A DNA stretch of 64,000 bases, taken from contig NC_058368.1 of NCBI RefSeq assembly GCF_018350175.1, positions 67,458,001 through 67,522,000 on the forward strand, in the 5' to 3' direction. This document shows positions 54,034 through 64,000 of this stretch, one piece after another (position 1 is the stretch's first letter; every line of letters begins with the position of its first letter). Origin of the DNA: Felis catus. Its lineage: Eukaryota. A model generated the notes under the pieces. That model was not told the origin of the DNA, made no database searches, and was given only the letters and a program-made list of their open reading frames with translations. A program made the translations under genes and the position numbers.

Positions 54034-55168
54034 AAAATGATTTTCTGTGACCAAAAGCTGTTTAGTAACATTAGGGTAGTTGCTTATCCTTCTTTGTTCA
54101 AGTTGAAGTAACAGAGTTTCCTGTTAGATGTTGTAAGGACCTTGAATAAGGGCAGTGTCCTATTTTCAGAAGATAACTAAAGTATATGGTCATATACATT
54201 AAAAAAAGGAATCCTTTCATATTTATTGTTTTGTGGCTTTTTTTATGTGAACGTATGCTATGAACATTTAAATAAGATGGTTTTTAAAAGAAGTGAGCCT
54301 TATAGCCCTTATTGCAAAATTTTCATTTCAATCAGGTAAAGCATTTTAAATTGAGAATGGTTAAGAGTATTTTTCTGGTGAAACTTGGGTTGTGGTATTC
54401 TTCCCCCCCTCCCCCCCCCAATTAAGTGCTGAATATTTACTTAATAAAAAAGCATGCAACTATTAATATGTATTACATTTAATGTCATGTTAAAGTAATT
54501 ATGATATGGTAAGCGGTAATCCTGGGTAATACTTTAAACATACTGAGAATGTATCTGTAACAATGATAGATTACATAGGTTTGTGGCACTCATTTTCTTT
54601 TAAGACAAACTGATCATTTGTTTTCTGCTTTTCACAATTTGAAAAGAATCTTGCTCCTAAGTGGTTTCCTATGAGTGCTGACAATTCTAGTTACTGCTAT
54701 TTGTGGGACATTTTATAGTATAGTCCTTGAGGTTTGGTTGGGGCTTGGAATGTACATAATCCAAATGATCTTCAAGAAGATCCTATTAGCATCCTTGTTC
54801 TTTTCACTTTTGAGCTACTGTGTCTTCTCAGTGAGATTGGTCATACTGTAGGATTCTGCATTCCCGTTAGTGTTTGGAACCTTCATCAAAGGGACTTTTG
54901 TCATTTGTATTTAAACCCTCAGCTCTAATTGTGAAATTAGAGAAGCCACAGAAGAATATGAAAAGCGCTGTTAAAAAAATGGTTATATCTTGTAGGCTAC
55001 TAAATATAATTTGAAGATGCTTTTGTAACTTGAAAGCTAAACTGACTTGCTTTTTAGGGAAACTTGACAGCTTAATTCTTAAAAAGATGCTTCATACTAA
55101 TTTAATAGAATAGATCTGTCTTCAGAGTCTGTTTTTTCTTTTAAAATTGCTTTTAAATAGGAGTCTAT

Positions 55169-55375
55169 TGGGGTGCCTGGGTGGCTCAGTAACTTAAGCG
55201 TCTAACTTCGGCTCACATCATGATCTCATGGTTTTGAGCCCTGCATTGGGCTCTGTGCTTACAGCTCAGAGCCTGGAGCCTGCTCCCGATTCTGTGTCTC
55301 CCTCTCTTTCTGCTTCTCCCCTGCTTTCTCTCTCTCTCTCTCTCTCAAAAATAAACAGACATTAAAAAAATAAAT
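55169..55375 (+). mobile_element. Can-SINE
   Basis: head ggggtgcctgggtggctcag, (CT)n, AATAAA; flanks taaatagga. Confidence 0.9.
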
Positions 55376-55947
55376 AGGAATTTATTCTTTGTCTTTGTTG
55401 GTGGGTTTGGATTATACACTGGGAATCTTTCTGAATTAAGGTTTTCAAGTAAAATGGCTGTTTGAGTCACAAATACGGCAATTAAGCAACCTCATGGAGA
55501 GACTGAGAATGGATTCCTAGGCCTCTCAATTTGGGGGGAGGTGCCGAGGACACCTGTATAACTACAACTGAAGGCTATTACTTATTGAATTGAAGGTTTA
55601 GTAAATGATGAGATGAGTAAGTAATCTTACTTACCTAGGCTAAATAATATTTTGAAATCCTGAGTTAAAATATGAGGGCTTTCCATATTCTGTTTACTGT
55701 CTTAGCCTTTATTTAAATAAGCAATTAAAAATGATGGTAGGAATGTAGTGAATAGAGAAAAACAAAGTTTTAGGTTAGTGAATAATGGAACATGGAGACT
55801 TATTAATTTGGAGATTCTGGCAGAGTTATCAGGAAAGATATTAGGGGATTCCACTCATGAGAAAGTAAGTAAGATTGTTGTTTGAGGATGCCTCTGAGAT
55901 CATGAAAAATGAAGGAGGCTCTTCAGATAGACGAGTAATTAAAAAAA

Positions 55948-56156
55948 TTTTTTTTTAATGTTTTTTATTTATTTTTTGAGAGACTGAGTGTGAGCAGGGG
56001 AAGGGCAGAGAGAGAGGAGGACAGAGGATCCAAAGCAGGCTCCATGCTGACAGGCTGACAGCAGCAAGCCCAATGCAGGGCTCGAACTCACCAACCATGA
56101 GATCACAACCTGAGTCCAAGTTGGAAACTCAATTGAGTGTGTCATCCGGGCGCCCT
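55948..56156 (-). mobile_element. Can-SINE
   Basis: TSD gagtaatt. Confidence 0.87.
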
Positions 56157-56535
56157 GAGTAATTCTTTTCATAGCTTTTCAGAGGAACAAACTGACATTG
56201 AAGCGATACTAAACAGTTAGCGAAGTTCCTTTGAATATAGGGATGATTCAAGTGCCATCCTTATGAGATAAGGAGTTAAACTGGCTAGAACTTAAGCTAC
56301 ATGACAACCTGTGTCTTTCTTTCATTAACTGATCCATCTCGGCTACTTGTGCCTGGCACATAGCAGGCACTCATGTTTGCTGAATGAATGAAGGTAGGTA
56401 GTTTATCAATAAGTTCATAGTGGAAGGAGTACGGGATTTAGAATTAGTCCTATATTTGAGTCTGTGTCATTTATTTTATTTTTTGTTTTTACTTGTAGGA
56501 AAATTAACATAACAAAATTTGCCATCTTAGCCATT

Positions 56536-56808
56536 TTTTTTTAAATTTTATGACTGGTGCTCATCACCACAAGTGCACTGCTTAATCCCATCACCTATTT
56601 CACCCATCCCTCACCCACTTCCCTCTGGTGACCATCACTTTGTTCTCTATAGTTAAGAGTCTGAGGGGCACCTGGCTGGTTCAGTTGGTAGAGCATGACT
56701 CCTAATATCAGGATCATGAATTTGAGCCCCATGTTGGGTATAGAGATTACTTAAAAAAAAAAAAAAAGTCTATTTCTGGATTTGTCTCATTTCCTTTTTT
56801 CCCTTTGC

Positions 56809-56853
<45 letters not shown>

Positions 56854-57468
56854 CTTATATTCCACATGTGACTAAGATCATATGGTATTTGTCTTTCTCT
56901 GGCTGACTTAGTTCACTTAGCATTATGCTCTAGCTCTATCCATGCCATTGCAAATGGCAGTATTTCATCCTTTATTATGGATGAATAATATTCTGTTGTA
57001 GATATATACCACATCTTTACCCATTCATCTATTGACACACACTTGGACTACTACCATATCCTGGCTATTGTAAATAACGCTGCTATAAATATAGGAATGC
57101 ATGTGTCCCTTTGAATTAGTGTTTTTGTATTCTTTGGGTAAATACCCAGTAGTACGATTACTGGGTCATAGGGTAGTTCTATTTTTAACTTTCTGAGGAA
57201 CTTCCATACTGTTCTCCAGAATGGGTGTACCAGTTTGCATTCCCACCAACAGTGCAAGAAGGTTCCCCTTTCTCCGTGTCCTCGCCAACATCTGTTCTGT
57301 CTTGTGTTGTTGATTTTGGCTATTCTGACGGGTGTGAGGTGGTATCTCATTATAGTTTTGATTTGCATTTTTCTGATGATAAGTGATGATGAGCATCTTT
57401 TCATGTGTCCATTGGCCATCTGTATGTCTTCTTTGGAGAAATGTCTGTTCATGTCTTCTGCCCATTTT
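56536..57468 (-). mobile_element. Carnivore L1 3' part with a short SINE (56664-56767), broken off at 57468
   Basis: ORF 57051..57452 is the ORF2 C-terminus; similar to the copy at ~37000-37800. Confidence 0.9.
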
Positions 57469-57470
57469 AA

Positions 57471-58364
57471 TTTTTTTTTAAATGTTAATTATGAGTTTTA
57501 ATGCATCAAATAATATGATAAAATAAATGTAGGTGAAAAGAAACATAACATAACATATAGAAATTTTTAGCATCAATTTTTCGTGGAAAACCAAGTGGTC
57601 AAAAAATAAACAACACTATGTAGAGGATTTGAGAAGTATACCAGGACTGTAAATTTTGAATTCTATAGTATGCAAGTAGAGACTAACTCTTTTCATAATC
57701 CCTCTGGACATTTGTTAAAATTAATCCTAAATTAACACTCAAAGAAAAATTCCATAAACTTTAAAAATAAGAGATAATATTCTTTTTTTGTGCATTCAAC
57801 AGATTTTTTTTCAATTAATTAAAACATATATTTGTCACAAAACTTAAAATAATAAACATGAAGCTGTATCTTTAAAAATTACTGATAATGGTTTCATATT
57901 GATGGGAGTAATGACATCTTTTGATATCTTTCATGAGGTGTCTATATGCAACTTGGTGAAAAGCTTAGGTTCTAGGTTAAGTTTAATACCTGGTCGGTTT
58001 ATTTCCTGAGATTTGACTTCTGTCAACTTTTAGAATACAGATTCACTGTAATGAGTCAGGATGGTGGCAAGTGCTGGGGGCTCTGTTAGATGGAAATGAT
58101 GGACAGAGCTCACTGGTGACTGCATTCAGACGGTAACCCAACCAGCATGTCCACATATGGTGCCATGGAGAAGGATTCCTACTCCAATCTGGCTTCATTC
58201 AGTCCTGGAAACTCATTCTTTATGTTCTACAAGCATCTGCATACGGTGTGAAAATATGCTCAATAACATGCCATTGATTTTATTCTTGAGCAAATGAAGA
58301 ACCATCAACGGTAGCGAAAGAGCCAAGCTTCACAATTAGTTGTTTGCACATGTGTCCCTTATTC
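57471..58364 (-). other. Non-L1 segment ending in ATTAAA plus A-tail: probable L1 3' transduction
   Basis: lies between two L1s; minus-strand ATTAAA at 57502-57497 and A9 at 57479-57471. Confidence 0.65.
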
Positions 58365-61300
58365 TTTTTTAAAAAATTATTCAAATTTACATCCAAGTTA
58401 GTTAGCATATAGTGCAATAATGATTTCAGGAGTAGATTCCAGTGATTCATCCTCTATGTATAACACCCTCTGCTCATCCCATGAAGGGTCTTCCTTAATG
58501 CCCCTTACCCTTTTAGCCCATTCCCCCACCCACAATCCCTCCAGCACCCTCAGTTTGTTCTCTGTATATAAGAATCTATTATCCTTTGTCTGCCTCTTTG
58601 TTTTTATATTGTTTTTGCTTCCCTTCCCTTATGTTCATCTGTTTTGTATCTTAAAGTCCTCATATGAGTGATGTCATATGATATTTGTCTTTCTCTGACT
58701 AATTTCTCTTAGCATAATACCCTCTAGTTCCATCCACATAGTTGAAAATGGCAAGATTTTCTTTTTGATTGCTGAATAGTACTCTATTGTATATATACAC
58801 CACATCTTCTTTATCCATTCATCCGTCAATGGACGTTTGGGCTCTTTCCATACTTTGGCTATTATTAACAGTGCTGCTATAAACATTGGGGTGGGTGCAT
58901 ATGCCCCTTTGAAACAGCATACCTGTATCCCTTGGATAAATACCTAGCAGTGCAATTGCTGGGTTGTAGGGTAGTTCTATTTTTGATTTTTTGAGGAACC
59001 TCCATAGTGTTTTCCAGAGTGGCTGCACCACTTTGTATTTCCATCAGCAGTGCAAAAGAGATCATCTTTTTCTGCATCCTCGCCAACATCTGTTGTTGCT
59101 TGAGTTGTTAATGTTAGCCATTCTGACAGGTGTGAGGTGGTATTTCAGTGTGGTTTTGATTTGTTTTTCCCTGATGATGAGTGATGTTGAGCATCTTTTC
59201 ATGTATCTGTTAGCCATCTGGATGTCTTCTTTGGAAAAGTGTCTATTCATGTCTTTTGCCCATTTCTTCACTGGATTATGTTTTTTGGATGTTGAGTTTG
59301 AAAAGTTATTTATAGATTTCGAATACTAACCCTTTATCTGATATGTCATTTATGTATATCTTCTCCCATTCTGTTGGTTGCCTTCAGTTTTGCTGAATGT
59401 TTCCTTTGCTGTGCAGAAGCTTTTTATTTTGATGAGGTCCCAATAGTTCATTTTTGCTTTTGTTTCTCTTGCCTCCGGTGATGTGTTGAGTAAGAAGTTG
59501 CTGCGGCCAAGATCAAAGAGGTTTTTGCCTGCTTTCTCCTCGAGGGTTTTGATGGCTTCCTGTATTACATTGAAGTCTTTCATCCATTTTGAGTTTATTT
59601 TTATGTATGGTGTAAGAAAGTGGTCCAGGTTCATTTTTCTGCATGTCGCTGTGCAGTTTTCCCAGCACCACTTGCTGAAGAGACTGTCTTTAATCCATTG
59701 GATATTCTTTTCCACTTTGTCAAGGATTGGTTGGCCATACATTTGTGGGTCCATTTCTGGATTCTCTATTCTGTTCCATTGATCTGAGTGTCTGTTTTTG
59801 TGCCAGTACCATACTGTCTTGATGATTACAGCTTTGTAATACATCTTGAAGTCTGGGATTGTGATGCATCCAGCTTTGGTTTTCTTTTTCAGGTTTGCTT
59901 TGGCTATTTGGGATCTTTTCTGGTTCCATACAAGTTTTAGGATTGTTTGTTCTAGCTCTGTGAAGAATGCTGGTGTTATTTTGATAGGGATTTCATTGAA
60001 TATGTAGATTGCTTTGCGTAGTATTGATATTTTAACAATAATATTTGTTCTTCCAATCCATGAGCATGGAATATTTTTCCTTTTTGTGTGTGTGTGTCTT
60101 CTTCAGTTTCTTTCATAAGCTTTCTATAGTTGTCAGTGTATGGATTTTTACCTGTTTGGTTAGGTTTATTCCTAGGTTATGGTTTTTGGTGCAGTTGTAA
60201 ATGGGATCAATTGCTTGATTTCTGTTTCTGTTGCTACATTGTTGCTGTATAGGAATGCAGCTGATTTCTGTGCATTGATTTTATATCCTGAGACTTTGCT
60301 GAATTCATGGATCAGTTCTAGCAGTTTTTTGGTGGAATCTTTAGGCTTTTCCATATAGAGTATCATGGTGTCTGCAAAGACTGAAAGTTTGACCCTCTCC
60401 TTGCTGATTTGGATGCCATTTTTTCCTTTGTGTTGTCTGACTTATGAGACTAGGGCTTCCAATACTGTGTTGAGTAACAGTGGTGAGAGTGGGCATCCCT
60501 GTTGTGTTCCCGGCCTTAGGAGGAAAGCTTCCCCATTGAGGATGATATTAGCAGTTGGTCTTTCATATATGGCTTTTATGATCTTGAGATATGATCCTTC
60601 TATCCCTACTTTCTTGAGGGTTTTTTTTTTTCTTTAATCAATCTTTAATCAAGAAAGGATGCTGTATTTTGTTAAATGCTTTCTCTGACTCTATTGAGAG
60701 GTTCATGTGGTTCTTTTTTCTTTTATTGATGTGATGTATCACACTGATTGAGTTGCAGATATTGAACCAACCCTATATCCCAGGTATAAATCCCACTTGG
60801 TTGTGGTGAATAATTCTTTTAATGTATTGTTGGATCCAGTTGGTTAGTATCTTGTTGAGGAATTTTGCATCCATGTTCGTTAGGGAAATTGGTCTGTAGT
60901 TCTTTTCAGTGGGGTCCTTGTCTGGTTTGGAATCACGGTAATGCTGGCTTCATAGAATGAGTTTGGAAGTTTTCCTTCCATTTCTATTTTTGGAACAGCT
61001 TCAAAAGAATAGATATTAACTCCTCTTTAAATGTTTGGTAGAATTCCCCTAGAAAGCCATCCAGCCCTGGACTCTTGTTTTTTGGGAGATTTTTGATTAC
61101 TGGTTAGGGGTCTGTTCAAATTTTCTATTTCTTTCAGTTTTGGTAGTTTATATGTTTCTGGGAATTTGTCCATTTCTTCCAGCTTGCCCAATTTATTGGC
61201 ATATAATTGCTGGTAATATTCTCTTATTTTTGTTTGTATTTCCACAGTGTTGGTTGTGATCTCTCCTCTTTCATTCTTGATTTTATTTATTTGGGTCCTT

Positions 61301-64000
61301 TCCCTTTTCTTTTTGATCAAACTGGCTAGGAGTTTATAAATTTTGTTAATTATTTCAAAGAACCACCTCCTGGTTTCATTGATCTGTTCTTTTTGTTGTT
61401 GTTTTTGTTCTTTTTTTTTTTTTTTTTTTTGCTGTTCTTTTTCCAACTCTTTAACGTGAAAGGTTAGGTTGTGTATCTGAGACCTTTCTTCCTTCTTTAG
61501 GAAGGCCTGGATTGCTATATACTTCCCTCATATGACCACTTTTGCTGCATTCCAGAGGTTTTGGACTGTGGTGTTACCATTTTCATTGGCTTCCATGTAC
61601 TTTTTAATTTCCTCTTTTACTTCTTGGTTAGCCCATTTATTCTTTAGTAGGATGTTCTTTAGTCTCCAAGTATTTATTGTCTTTCCAAATTTTTTCCTGT
61701 GGTTGATTTCGAGTTTCATAGTGTTGTGGTCTGAAAATATGCATGGTATGATCTCAATCTTTTTGTACTTCTTGAGGGCTGATTTGTGTCCCAGTATGTG
61801 ATCGGCTCTGGAGAATGTCCCATGTGTACTCTAGAAGAGCGTGTATTCCGCTTTAGGATGAAATGTTCTGAATATCCATCTGGTCCAGTGTGTCGTTCAA
61901 AGCCATTGTTTCCTTGTTGATTTTCTGTTACATGATCTGTCCATTGTTGTAAGTGGGGTGTTGAAGTTCCCTACTATTGTGGTATTACTATCCATGAGTT
62001 TCTGTATGTTTGTTATTAATTGATTTATGTATTTGGGTGCTTCACGTTTGGAGCATAAATGTTTACAATTGTTAAGTCTTCTTGGTGGATAGACCCCTTA
62101 ATTATGATACATTTCCCTTCTTCATCTCTTATTACAGTCTTTATTTTAAAAAATCTAGTTGTTTGATGTAAGTATGGATACTCTGGCTTTCTTTTGGTGA
62201 CTTTTAGTATGATATGGTTCTCCATCCCCTTATGTTCAATCTGAGGGTGTCCTTAGGTGTAAAATGGGTCTCTTGTAAACAGCATATAGATGGATCTTAT
62301 TTTCTTATCCATTCTGTTACCCTGTGTCTTTTGATTGGGGCATTTAGTCCATTGACATTTAGAGTGAGTACTTAAAGATACAAATTTATTGCCATAATGT
62401 TGCCTGTAGAGTTGGAGTTTCTGGTTGTGTTCTCTGGTCCTTTCTAGTCTTTATTGCTTTTGGACTTTTTTGTTTTTGTTTTTCTGTTTTTTTCATCTTT
62501 TCTCAGAGTCCACCTTAAAATTTCAGGGCTGGTTTAGTGGTCATGAACTCCACTAGTTTTTGTTTGTCTGGGAAACTTTTTATCTTTCCTTCTATTTTGA
62601 GTGACAACTTTGTTGGATAAGGAATTCTTGGCTTCATATTTTTCTAATTCAGCACATTGAATATATCCTGCCTCTCCTTTCTAGCTTGCCATGTTTCTGT
62701 GGATGGGTCTGCTGCAAACCTGATCTGTCTTCCCTTATAGGTTAAGGGCTTTTTTTCCCTTGCTGCTTTCATGATTCTTTCCTTGCCTGAATATTTTGTG
62801 AATTTGACTATGATAGTCCTTGCTGATGGTCAGTTTTTGTTGAGTCTAATGGGAGTTTTCTGTGCTTCCTGGATTTTGATGTCTGTGTCGTTCCTTGGTT
62901 AGGAAAGTTTTCCACTATGATTTGCTCACATAAACCTTCTACCCCTTTTTCTCTCTCTTCATCTTATGGGACCCCTATGATTCGGATGTTATTCCTTTTT
63001 AATGAGTCACTGAGTTTTCTAATTCTTAAATCGTGTGGTTTTGCCTTAGTGTCTCTCTTGTCTTCTGCTTTATCAGTTTGTCCATAACTTTGTCCTCTGT
63101 ATTGCTGAATTCCTGCTCTGCTTCATCCATCTTTGCTGCTGTGGCACCTATTTGAGATTGTATCTCAGTTATGGCATTTTTAAATTTTGACCTGACTGGA
63201 TTTTACTCTTTTATTTCTGAAAAAAGGAATTCTATGCTTGTTTCCACCCCAGCTAGTATTTTTATTATCGTGATTCTAAATTCTGGTTCAGACATCGTGC
63301 TTGTATCTGTGTTAAGTCCCTGGCTGTCATTTCTTCCTGTTCTTTCTTTTGGGGTGAATTCCTTTGTGTTGTCGTTTTGAAGGAAGGAAAATAATTAGTA
63401 AAGTAAAAAGCAAAATTAAAATTAAAAAATTGAAAACAACACACAAAAAAATCAAATAAAGGATGCTAGATCCTAGGTGTGTTTTCATCTGGTTGTTTTA
63501 AGAACGTTGATAGAATAGAGAAAAAAGGGAAAGAAGAAAAAAAAAGGAAAACATTTGAAAATATAAAAAATGAATACAATAAAATAGAATGAAATGATGA
63601 AAATAAAGTAGAATTTAAAAAATTTACAAAAATAAATACAGTAGAAAAATTAAATATTTTTTATAAAACAAAATAAAAATAGATTTATCTTTCTGTATTC
63701 AAGAATAAGAAAAGAAAAAGGGAAAATAAACTGAATACATGGACCAGTGAACAGAATGAAATACAATTGAAATTATATCCAGTTTCCTCTAGAAGTCAAA
63801 CTACGAAGCACTTTAGAGTCCATAAACTAAGCAGGTGGAGAGACTTGTGTTCCTCTAGAGCAGTTAGCCCAGTTGGACAGGGCTTGGTGTAACACCTTGT
63901 TTTCCACTAGATGGTGCTGCTTAATTACTGGGGTGGATTGTTGTGGCGCGTGTAGGCATGTATGCGCATGTGCAGGAGGGGTGAAAATGGCTTCACCCAG
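58365..64000 (-). mobile_element. Near full-length inactive felid L1 (3'UTR, ORF2, ORF1, part of 5'UTR; runs off the window)
   Basis: EN, RT and C-terminal peptides in several broken ORFs; ORF2 ATG near 62395 with TAA at codon 8; ORF1 region ~62505-63376. Confidence 0.95.

Noticed and set aside
57480..58364. Processed pseudogene
   Set aside because: No ORF or recognisable protein similarity; direct abutment to an L1 3' end favours transduction, though a 3'UTR-only retrocopy is not excluded.
63380..63780. Long A-rich tract
   Set aside because: Consistent with the T-rich part of the L1 5'UTR upstream of ORF1 on the minus strand.
58365..64000. Active reverse transcriptase or novel retroelement system
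   Set aside because: Ordinary L1 with many stops and frameshifts; ORF2 has an early TAA and the ORF1 start appears as ACG.

Overview
Mammalian genomic DNA, felid-like from the dense carnivore tRNA-derived SINEs (Can-SINE/SINEC, including young Fc-type copies) and carnivore/felid L1s. The window lies inside the + strand gene DNAJC3 (P58IPK, ER TPR/J-domain BiP co-chaperone). Eight consecutive coding exons (equivalent to exons 2-9) splice GT-AG into one open frame; exon 1 and the J-domain exons are outside the window. The rest is intron filled with SINEs, L1s, LTRs and DNA-transposon fossils. I see no novel multi-gene system. The most notable observations are a probable ~0.9 kb L1 3' transduction inside a three-level nested L1 stack, a perfect zero-spacer p53 consensus element just upstream of exon 5, a solo LTR inserted in a SINE, and one target site reused by successive SINEs. 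Repeat family names are recognised from memory, not by search, and repeat boundaries are approximate.
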